From Actinomycetota bacterium (lineage in GTDB: Bacteria > Actinomycetota > Actinomycetes > Actinomycetales > Microbacteriaceae), in the NCBI GenBank assembly GCA_041181225.1, contig JBEGPW010000089.1, positions 15,162 to 79,161 on the forward strand: DNA of 64,000 nucleotides. Direction: 5' to 3'. The notes below the pieces were generated by a model that worked only from the letters and a program-made list of their open reading frames with translations, was not told where the DNA came from and did no database searches. Each line of letters begins with the position of its first letter. Position 1 is the stretch's first letter. Positions 8,258 through 15,801 of this stretch are shown here, in pieces. Made by a program: the position numbers and the translations under genes.

Positions 8258-9706
8258 TTGAATAAGTTATTTGCTCTAAGGCCGATTGCGCTCATGTCGA
8301 CGTTGGTTGTCTCAATCTGGGGCCTCACACCCGCACCCGCTAGCGCGGCACCAGAGGGCGTGACAATTTCAGGCAAAGTCGTTGCAACCTCAGCAAACAG
8401 TGACCCTGCGGCACTAGAAGGAATCAGCGTTGATTTCTTGATCGGCGCGGACAGGCTGATAAGTGCGGTTACCGACGCAACAGGCGCATACACAATTTCA
8501 GTGCCCTATTCTCCCAGGGTTCGGCTGGTGGCATCGATGCACAGCCCGCTGTCAAGTGATGTTTTTCAGTACGTCCAAGAAAAAGCCGGCTTCAACCAGA
8601 TCGAGAAATCAGCAAATGGAATTTGGTTTTCGGGTGAACCAATAATCTCAATCGTGAATGTATCCCCAAACGATTCTGCAATCGCCGACCAACAAATCGA
8701 GTTTCCCCTAGCAGCAGGTTATGGCAAGATTTCTGGTCAGACAAAAAATGAGTCGGGAGACCCGCTCAAAGTGATGCCGGCAGGCCTAGCTGGGTATACC
8801 CCTCAAGAAGCAGTGGTCAATGTCTATGATTCTGATGGAACTCTTTTGTCTCAAGTTCAAGCAAAAGATGGTGCCTATGAAGTGGCTGAAATGCCAGGGA
8901 CCTATTACCTGAGCGTCGGGGACTCTCGGCTAAGCGTGGCAAAACAGTTTTATGGCTCGGTTCCAGAACTCTCACAAGCAACGCCGGTGTCAATCACAGC
9001 CGGCGCAGAAACCACTGGCATTGATTTTCGCGCAGCGGAATTAAGTTTCTTTCAGGGGTCAGATTTGTATGCAGCCAATGACGGAACAGATGCGATTGTC
9101 GGCCGCAGGATTGGCGTCAAGGTCGATTCGGCAGCCGAACCAGGTTCGACACTCACCATAGCTTGGCAAAACGTGACGTGCCCAGGAGACACGTCTGTCG
9201 TGCTGATTCCGTCAGAATGCACTTACGTTCCAATTGCGGGGGCCGTCACAACAATTCTCAGCCCTCCCGCAACCGCCACGTCATCATATTTGCTCAAGAA
9301 CAGCGATGTGGGCTCGAAAATCGGCGTAATCGCCACTCTGACAAAGCCAGGCTTTCTCACGCAAACCTACCAACTGGTTTGGCTGACCGTTTCTGGCCCC
9401 ATAAAAGTTCTGAGTGCTCCCAAGATCAGTGGCTTAGTCAAAGTCGGCAAAACTGTAAAAGCCGTTTTGCCAAAACTACGTGGCATAACACCTGATTCAT
9501 ACGATTATTTCTGGCTGAGTTGTGATTCTGCAAAAAAAGCAAAAACCGCCTCATGCAATTCGGTTTCATCTGACACAACTTCTAACACGAGTTTGAAAGT
9601 GCCCAAGTCGCTCAAAGGCAAATATTTGGTCTTGCAGGTCTGGAGTCATAACAACGCGAATCAAACTCGAATCATCACCATCTCAGCCGGTTCTAAGGTG
9701 AAGTAG
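8258..9706 (+). CDS. secreted protein with carboxypeptidase-regulatory-like (CarboxypepD_reg-type) repeats and C-terminal Ig-like module
   Basis: 482 aa. Sec signal peptide (cleavage around ASA-AP). ISGKV and ISGQTKNESGDPL beta-sandwich repeat starts. Paired cysteines. TTG start preceded by AAGGGGG. No LPXTG motif or C-terminal TM anchor. Confidence 0.8.
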   Translation: MNKLFALRPIALMSTLVVSIWGLTPAPASAAPEGVTISGKVVATSANSDPAALEGISVDFLIGADRLISAVTDATGAYTISVPYSPRVRLVASMHSPLSSDVFQYVQEKAGFNQIEKSANGIWFSGEPIISIVNVSPNDSAIADQQIEFPLAAGYGKISGQTKNESGDPLKVMPAGLAGYTPQEAVVNVYDSDGTLLSQVQAKDGAYEVAEMPGTYYLSVGDSRLSVAKQFYGSVPELSQATPVSITAGAETTGIDFRAAELSFFQGSDLYAANDGTDAIVGRRIGVKVDSAAEPGSTLTIAWQNVTCPGDTSVVLIPSECTYVPIAGAVTTILSPPATATSSYLLKNSDVGSKIGVIATLTKPGFLTQTYQLVWLTVSGPIKVLSAPKISGLVKVGKTVKAVLPKLRGITPDSYDYFWLSCDSAKKAKTASCNSVSSDTTSNTSLKVPKSLKGKYLVLQVWSHNNANQTRIITISAGSKVK

Positions 9707-9714
9707 GTCAAGCC

Positions 9715-11184
9715 ATGTCAGATAAAAACTTTATTTCAAAAACTTTCTCGGTGTTATCGGCAACATTAATTCTGCTTGCTTCGTTCTGGGTTTCTAGCCC
9801 TGCTCTTGCAGCCAGCCCGAACTTAGCCTCAATAAGCGGCAAAGTGCAGGCCCAAAATGGCTCTGGAAGCCTTCAAGATTTAGTGGGCGTGAATGTTGGT
9901 GTCGAAATATTGGGCGGCGGGGGTGTTCAGCAAAGCCAGTTTGTTAGCGAAGTTACATCGGCCGAAAATGGCTATTCCTTTGAAGGTCTGATTCCAGGAA
10001 CCTATCGGATTTACATCGACCACACTGTCGACCCGCAATCGCAATCTAAGGTCGATTTTGCTTCGGGCCAATTTTCGCTTGATGCCATCGGAAATGCCTA
10101 TACCGCAAAGCCGGTCTATCGCTATTTTAAGGTTGGTACTAGGACCGAACATCTAAACCTCGACTTGATTGCCAAGTCGCAGACCGAAACCGGCACTGTC
10201 TCGGGAGTCTTGAAAGACAGCGAGGGCGCTGCACTATTGGACGGTCCTGCGGGAGCAAAGGTGCCGGCCAGTATCGAAATTCTTAATTCTGCCGGCGAAG
10301 TTGAGCAAACCGCTTTAGCGAATGAGTCGGGCGAATATTCGACAACTTTAAACGTCGGCAGATACAGTGCCAGAGTGGGTTGTTCTTCGAAAGGTTTTGT
10401 CACCTGCACCTATCTCGGCGGCGCCTCGAGTTTCGCCGAGGCCTTGGAGTTTGACGTCACAGCTCAAGCTGATACCAGAAACCTAGATTTTTCTGCCAAG
10501 ACTTTAAAAACGCTTAGCGTGCAGGATCCCCGCACCTATTACAGCGAGATGCAGGCGTTTCTGGGCGACACAGTCGAAGCCTTTAGCGACGAACGCATTA
10601 CCGAGCCGGTGCAAATCTCTTATAGGTGGTTTAGCACCAGCGGTCTCGATTTACTGTATGGCAGAGAACCTAAAGCCGTTGAAGGTGAAACCTCGAGGAT
10701 GTTTACGATTCCCGCCGGAATGAAGCCAGCTCTGATATTTGCCGAGGTGACTTATTCTCTAGAAGGCTACGCGCCAGTCACAAGCACGTTGACTCGAAAC
10801 AGTCAGACCATAACGAACTCGGGATTTAGCGCGGTCGGCTACTCACCAAAGGTGTCTAAAGTTTCTAAAGTGACTCAGATATCAAAACCAAGGGCAATCG
10901 CAAAGCTTACTTTTCCGATTGTCACTCACTTCAGTTCGTTAGAGGCACCTCAAAAAGGCGCATTCTGGTTCATTTGCAAGACGACCAAATTTACCTTTGA
11001 CAAGTATTCACTCGAGCTTTCTGGCGGCGGTTGTAAATCGATTGGCAACGCGGATGACTTTACCAAAGACAATGTGGTGATTCCCAAAGGCTCAAAAGGC
11101 AAATACCTAGTCGCCAGCTATTTCTTGCAAAATAATGACTACATGGTGTGGTCTGGCACTACCAAGCCGCTGAAACTCAAGTAG
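9715..11184 (+). CDS. secreted protein, paralog of the upstream gene (CarboxypepD_reg-like repeats plus C-terminal Ig-like module)
   Basis: 489 aa. Signal peptide (ALA-AS). Collinear similarity to the 8258..9706 product, for example ISGKV starts, GTVSGVLKDSEGAAL versus GKISGQTKNESGDPL, and PKGSKGKYLVASYF versus PKSLKGKYLVLQVW. Confidence 0.8.
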   Translation: MSDKNFISKTFSVLSATLILLASFWVSSPALAASPNLASISGKVQAQNGSGSLQDLVGVNVGVEILGGGGVQQSQFVSEVTSAENGYSFEGLIPGTYRIYIDHTVDPQSQSKVDFASGQFSLDAIGNAYTAKPVYRYFKVGTRTEHLNLDLIAKSQTETGTVSGVLKDSEGAALLDGPAGAKVPASIEILNSAGEVEQTALANESGEYSTTLNVGRYSARVGCSSKGFVTCTYLGGASSFAEALEFDVTAQADTRNLDFSAKTLKTLSVQDPRTYYSEMQAFLGDTVEAFSDERITEPVQISYRWFSTSGLDLLYGREPKAVEGETSRMFTIPAGMKPALIFAEVTYSLEGYAPVTSTLTRNSQTITNSGFSAVGYSPKVSKVSKVTQISKPRAIAKLTFPIVTHFSSLEAPQKGAFWFICKTTKFTFDKYSLELSGGGCKSIGNADDFTKDNVVIPKGSKGKYLVASYFLQNNDYMVWSGTTKPLKLK

Positions 11185-11212
11185 CGTAACTGCCTCGCCT
11201 AGCGAGAGCCCT

Positions 11213-12265
11213 CTAGGTTCGTCGGGGCGCAGCCGACACCATTTTGGCAACCGTAGATTTGTCGCCGACGAGCACAACGTATTCAACGTTGCGCTGATGC
11301 TTGGGTTGGCCGACTTTCTCGCCGGAGCGGTTGAAAATGCCAATCTGAGCACCCACGTAACGCTTGAAGTCGACTTCTATTAGTTTTACACTCCCCCGCG
11401 GCTCGCACATCGAAATCAAGTCGTCTTTGGTCAGCCAACTCTCGTTGTTGTAACTCAAAATCAAAGTATCGGCATTCACGTCTTTGATTAGCTGGTCGAT
11501 TGAAGTTCGCAGTTCGCGTTTTGAGTTGAAGGCGCTTTTGGTCGCTGGGTCTCTCACGTCGATGCGCTTATTGGCGATTCCGTAGGCTTCAGGAGCATCC
11601 CAACGCACTAGGGTTTCCCAAATGTGGTAGTTGGCAAAGTAGCGGTGCTGGTTATAGGGCGGGTCGAGGTATGCCAGGTCGACGGGCGGCAGGGTTGCGG
11701 CCAACTCGAGCGCGTCACCCAGATAAGCAAAACCTTCGCCTGCGATTAGTTCTGGGTCGCGCATTTCGAGGTCTTTGAAACTTCTGGTTGCCCAGCTCTT
11801 GAGAAAAGCCATTTGCAAACCGGTCGTGCTATCGACTCGGTCACTCGCCAAAATCAGCGAGGTTAGCAGCGGGTGGTACATCCAAGTGTCTTTGAATTCG
11901 GCCTCGATGCGGTTGCGAATTGCGTCGATCTTGGCACCGTTTTTTGGCTGAAAATAGCGAGCGTCTTCACAAAAAGTTTTAGTGAAATACCCTGCATCGC
12001 CGGGAGTCGAGTTTAGGTCGGCTAGAGCAGCGGTCAGCTCGACCTGGTTAGCAGTGCTGCCGTCTAGTGAGATCCAGGTGCGCGAAAAAACCTCAGAATA
12101 GCTGGCGAGATCAACCGCAGAGACAGTTAGCCCCTGGCGTTTAAAAGCTTGAGCAACTCGGGTCGTGCCCGTGAAAAGGTCGAGGGCGGTTCGGGCTCCG
12201 CTAGCCTCGGCGAGAGCCGACAACAGAGGCACAAGAGTGCGCTTTGAGCCCAAATATTTAATCAC
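11213..12265 (-). CDS. site-specific DNA adenine (N6) methyltransferase, D12/Dam-like class
   Basis: 350 aa. N-terminal YLGSKR motif, SAM-binding DLFTGTTRV, and catalytic DPPY (LAYLDPPYNQHRY) about 170 aa later, the alpha-type motif order. GTG start. Confidence 0.85.
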   Translation of the reverse strand: MIKYLGSKRTLVPLLSALAEASGARTALDLFTGTTRVAQAFKRQGLTVSAVDLASYSEVFSRTWISLDGSTANQVELTAALADLNSTPGDAGYFTKTFCEDARYFQPKNGAKIDAIRNRIEAEFKDTWMYHPLLTSLILASDRVDSTTGLQMAFLKSWATRSFKDLEMRDPELIAGEGFAYLGDALELAATLPPVDLAYLDPPYNQHRYFANYHIWETLVRWDAPEAYGIANKRIDVRDPATKSAFNSKRELRTSIDQLIKDVNADTLILSYNNESWLTKDDLISMCEPRGSVKLIEVDFKRYVGAQIGIFNRSGEKVGQPKHQRNVEYVVLVGDKSTVAKMVSAAPRRT

Positions 12266-12318
12266 TTAGAAACTTTCTGCTGAAGTGTTAGTTTGCCACG
12301 AAAGTTAGACTGGTAACG

Positions 12319-13191
12319 ATGGTTGACCTAACGACTCTTGAGCAGCCAGACGACGATTATGAATCCCCCGCGCTTTCGGCCGCTGCTCAATATGGGGTCG
12401 ATTTTGTGCGAGAAAAACTTGCTGGCAAAAAACTAGTTCTGCTCAGCGGCGCTGGATTGTCTACTGATTCAGGAATCCCCGACTATCGCGGTGAGGGCCG
12501 CGTCGCGAGGCATCCGATGACTTTTGATTCTTTTATGCAATCTGACGAGGCTCAGGTGCGCTACTGGGCCCGCAGTTTTGTGGGTTGGAGCCGCATTGCG
12601 ATGGCGAAACCAAACGCAGGCCATTTTGCGATAGCTCGAGCCGAAAGCCTCGGTCACATTACCAAAATCATCACCCAAAATGTTGATGGGCTGCACCAGA
12701 GCGCCGGAGCTAAAAAAGTTATTGAACTTCACGGCAGCCTTGCGCAGGTGCGCTGCATGAAGTGTGGCAACCAGATTTCAAGAACACTCATGGATGATTT
12801 GCTCACCCAACTGAACCCAACCATCACCAAAAACGATAGCTACGAGTTCACTCCTGACGGTGATGCCGAGGTGGATGTGCCTGAGGATTTCAAGGTTCCC
12901 GGCTGCCCAAAATGCAGCGGCGTTTTAAAGCCCGACGTGGTGTTCTTTGGCGAAAGCGTTCCCTCAGAACGTGTCAGTGACTGCATGGCTGCGTTAGACG
13001 CCGCCGACGTGCTTTTAGTCGTCGGAACCTCGTTGACAGTGAATTCTGGAATGCGATTTGCTAAACGGGCCGCGGTGACCGATAAACCCATAGTTATCGT
13101 GAACATAGGCCCGACCAAAGCCGATGAGCTTGCGTTGGCAAAAATTGAGGCGAACACTTCGCTGGTTTTAGAGAGGCTTTTGATTGACTAA
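12319..13191 (+). CDS. NAD-dependent protein deacylase/ADP-ribosyltransferase, Sir2 family (class II, SIRT4-like)
   Basis: GAGLSTDSGIPDYRG, RYWARSFVGW, QNVDGLH and catalytic ELHG, with a Zn ribbon CxxC...CxxC (CMKCGN / CPKCSG). Confidence 0.85.
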   Translation: MVDLTTLEQPDDDYESPALSAAAQYGVDFVREKLAGKKLVLLSGAGLSTDSGIPDYRGEGRVARHPMTFDSFMQSDEAQVRYWARSFVGWSRIAMAKPNAGHFAIARAESLGHITKIITQNVDGLHQSAGAKKVIELHGSLAQVRCMKCGNQISRTLMDDLLTQLNPTITKNDSYEFTPDGDAEVDVPEDFKVPGCPKCSGVLKPDVVFFGESVPSERVSDCMAALDAADVLLVVGTSLTVNSGMRFAKRAAVTDKPIVIVNIGPTKADELALAKIEANTSLVLERLLID

Positions 13192-13777
13192 CACCGTTGT
13201 CGGGCTATTGCGCCACGGCCAAACCGATTGGAACATTGACTTTAGGCTTCAGGGCATCGCAGATATCCCTTTGAATGCAACCGGCGTTGCCCAGGCCGAA
13301 GTTGCCGGTTTGCTAATTGATGGCGATGACTGGGACGTGCTGCTGACCTCACCGCTTTCAAGAGCAAAGGCAACGGCCGAAATCGTAGCGAAATCGGCTG
13401 GTTTTGACCTGATTCACACTGAACCGCTCTTGCTCGAGCGTTCGTTTGGAGAAGCCGAGGGTCTTCTCTATGAAGAGTGGAAAGCCAAGTATGAAGACAC
13501 CAACCTGGTGCCGGGCGCTGAAACCCTTGAGGAGCTTGAGGCCCGCGCATTGCTGCTGCTAGAAAAACTAGCCGCGGATTTTTCAGGTCAGCGAGTGCTC
13601 ACGGTTTCTCACGGTGCCTTGATTCGCAAACTGATTCGAATCGTAAGTAACAAAACGCTGCCTCGCGAAGGTGAGCGACTGGGCAACGCGAGCCTCAGCG
13701 TGTTGGTGCATTCAGAAGGGGTCTGGTCAATCGCTGACTACGCCCCTGCGACGCTACAGGCGAGCGATAACTCTTAA
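13184..13777 (+). CDS. histidine phosphatase family protein (PGM/CobC-like branch)
   Basis: RHG catalytic motif (LLRHGQTDWN) and distal SHG (VSHGALIR). TTG start overlaps the sirtuin stop by 8 nt. Confidence 0.85.
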   Translation: MTNTVVGLLRHGQTDWNIDFRLQGIADIPLNATGVAQAEVAGLLIDGDDWDVLLTSPLSRAKATAEIVAKSAGFDLIHTEPLLLERSFGEAEGLLYEEWKAKYEDTNLVPGAETLEELEARALLLLEKLAADFSGQRVLTVSHGALIRKLIRIVSNKTLPREGERLGNASLSVLVHSEGVWSIADYAPATLQASDNS

Positions 13778-14839
13778 CAGGCTGGCTGCCGAATCGTTCC
13801 AGTCGAAGCGCTTGGCCCGGCTCAGAGCCTCAGTCGAGCGGTCCAACCATGCCCGGTTGGTTTCAATTTGTTTCACTTTGTCAACAAAGTCTGACGCATT
13901 ATTTTGGTTGAAATAAATGGCAGCCGACCCGCCGATTTCACGAAAGATTTCGATGTCGCTGACCACAATTGGAATGCCTCGCGACATTGCCTCGACCAGA
14001 GGAATGCCAAAACCTTCGTCTTGAGAGCCGCTAACCAAAGCCACGGCACCCTCAAGCTGCAGGTGATATTCTTCGTCGGTGACCCCGTTGTGAAAAATAA
14101 CTTTGCCTCCGGTTGGGTCGACGAGCGACTGCAGCGCGGCTTTTCTTGCCCCAGAAATCTTGCTCAATAGGTTCAACTCGTAGTTGGGCAGTTTGCGCAT
14201 TCCTGCGATTAGCACTTCGACATTTTTGTAGTCCATGAAGCTGCCCATATAAACCAGACTCTGCGGGCCGGTCGGACGACGAGCTGGTGCTGCAGCAATC
14301 GAGCTATCGGTCGAACCAGCTGCGTTGTAAATCACCGAGATTGGGCGCTTGGTGAGACGGTGTCGCTGCATGAGCTGCTTGGTGCTCTCAGAAACGGTTG
14401 CGACGGCGTCGGCACGGTTGAGTAACCAACGTTGCGGTGCATAACTCAGGTGATAAAGACGCCAGAGCAGTCGAATCGCGGCGTTGAAACCGGTCGGAGG
14501 GGTCTTGTGGTTGTAATAAATCAGGTCGTGCAGAGTCAAAATCAGCTTATATCGGCGCCCCCAACTGCCCATAGTCTGCATTGGTGAAAACACTATTTTG
14601 GCGCCAGCTCGGTTTAAAGTGCGCGCCACAAACAGCTCTCGCCATGAGGTCGGGTCGCAGGCCATGATGTGTTCTGTGCCGCTGGGTAATTTTTCAAGTT
14701 GCCGCAAGTCGCAAATCACCGCGGTGACTTGTGTTTTTGAACTCAAAGCGGCAAACAAACCCGCCGAAAACCTGCTGATTCCGTCGTGGTGGTCGACTCT
14801 GATGTATCGGGCATCAAAAAATAACTTGGATGTTGTCAT
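13754..14839 (-). CDS. glycosyltransferase, GT-B fold (family 4-like)
   Basis: 361 aa with a C-terminal EGFGIPLVEAMSRGIPIVVSD (EX7E-type) motif. Confidence 0.8.
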   Translation of the reverse strand: MTTSKLFFDARYIRVDHHDGISRFSAGLFAALSSKTQVTAVICDLRQLEKLPSGTEHIMACDPTSWRELFVARTLNRAGAKIVFSPMQTMGSWGRRYKLILTLHDLIYYNHKTPPTGFNAAIRLLWRLYHLSYAPQRWLLNRADAVATVSESTKQLMQRHRLTKRPISVIYNAAGSTDSSIAAAPARRPTGPQSLVYMGSFMDYKNVEVLIAGMRKLPNYELNLLSKISGARKAALQSLVDPTGGKVIFHNGVTDEEYHLQLEGAVALVSGSQDEGFGIPLVEAMSRGIPIVVSDIEIFREIGGSAAIYFNQNNASDFVDKVKQIETNRAWLDRSTEALSRAKRFDWNDSAASLLRVIARL

Positions 14840-15786
14840 GGCGTCGACTCGAGGAATTCGGTGATGATTTCGGCGGCAAGAAATGGCTCTTCGTAGTGAA
14901 TTAGGTGACCGACACCACCGATCTGATTCAGCTGGGCATTGGGGAATATCTCTTTCACTCGGTGTTGATCGGCAACCGAGGTGATGTCGTCTTTCTGCCC
15001 AATGATGAGCAGGGTTGGAATGGTAATTTTGGCAGCGTATTCGCCAACGTTATGACTCACCGATGCGGTAAACCCTTCGCTCGCCACTCGGCGGTCGCTG
15101 AAGTTGCTAAAGTTTTCGTCGTGCTCTCGGTGAATCCACCGGCGAAGTTCGGCGTCTTTAGTCTTGGCGAGCAATGCGCTCATGAATCGAACAATCAACG
15201 GGCTGGCTAGCAGGGCGTTGCCGGCCCTAACTGGCAACGAGCTGCCCATCCAATAATAAAAAGCAGTGAGCTTCGTCATTATGCTTCTAGGCCCACTAAG
15301 CGCTGGGGTTGAGACCGGATTTATGAGAATCAGGCTTGCCGGCTTGGCGAGCCCTTCGGCCACAGCAGCCGCAACCACAATCGTTCCAAAAGAATGGCCA
15401 AGCAGCGCGGTTTCAGCGAGTTTTATTTGGCCAGATGTTTCAAGAGCAGCTAGAAAATCACCCACCCAGCGGGCATATCGGTCGATTGAGTGAAATTCGT
15501 CGAATTCTTCGGATTCTCCAAACCCTGGTAGGTCGGGAACAATGACGTTTCGATCGCTTAGCGAACCGACGATAGCCTCGAGGCCGTGGTGGTTGCCGCG
15601 ATAGCCGTGAATCATCACGATGGTTTCAGCGCGGGCAACCTGACTCGCTTGGGTCTTGCCTGGGCTAGATTGGCCCGCTTCAGCCTCATAAACCCAGTAG
15701 GCGGTGCGTTTGCCGGCGATGATGACCGATTTGGCCCTGCCCCGCTCTTTAGCGAGTTGCGAAAGCTCGGCGCTCAGGTTGGTCAT
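14836..15786 (-). CDS. alpha/beta hydrolase
   Basis: HGYRGNHHG oxyanion region and GHSFG nucleophile elbow, with a C-terminal GHLIHYE His region. Its stop overlaps the downstream GT start (ATGA). Confidence 0.8.
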   Translation of the reverse strand: MTNLSAELSQLAKERGRAKSVIIAGKRTAYWVYEAEAGQSSPGKTQASQVARAETIVMIHGYRGNHHGLEAIVGSLSDRNVIVPDLPGFGESEEFDEFHSIDRYARWVGDFLAALETSGQIKLAETALLGHSFGTIVVAAAVAEGLAKPASLILINPVSTPALSGPRSIMTKLTAFYYWMGSSLPVRAGNALLASPLIVRFMSALLAKTKDAELRRWIHREHDENFSNFSDRRVASEGFTASVSHNVGEYAAKITIPTLLIIGQKDDITSVADQHRVKEIFPNAQLNQIGGVGHLIHYEEPFLAAEIITEFLESTP

Positions 15787-15801
15787 GTCGAAATTCTAGC
15801 T

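Noticed and set aside
10849-10875. Short 9-nt periodic repeat (encoding KVSKVSKVT) inside the second secreted-protein gene
   Set aside because: Only about three imperfect units lie within a coding region. It is probably a minor slippage-prone tract, not an independent feature.
12319-13191. Sir2-domain protein next to a DNA methyltransferase as a possible Sir2-based anti-phage system (Thoeris/DSR/SIR2-HerA-like)
   Set aside because: The protein is a short (290 aa) canonical class II sirtuin. It has the full deacylase motif set (GAGxSxxSGIPDYR, QNVDGLH, catalytic His) and a CxxC...CxxC zinc ribbon. It lacks extra sensor or effector domains and has no HerA, TIR, SLOG or Argonaute partner. It looks like a housekeeping enzyme.
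7981-13777. tRNA-flanked integrated genomic island or prophage remnant
   Set aside because: By eye I found no integrase, recombinase, phage or transposase gene, and no downstream direct repeat of the tRNA 3' end. Only the two secreted-protein genes look compositionally distinct. This is kept as a weaker finding (flexible locus) rather than called a mobile element.
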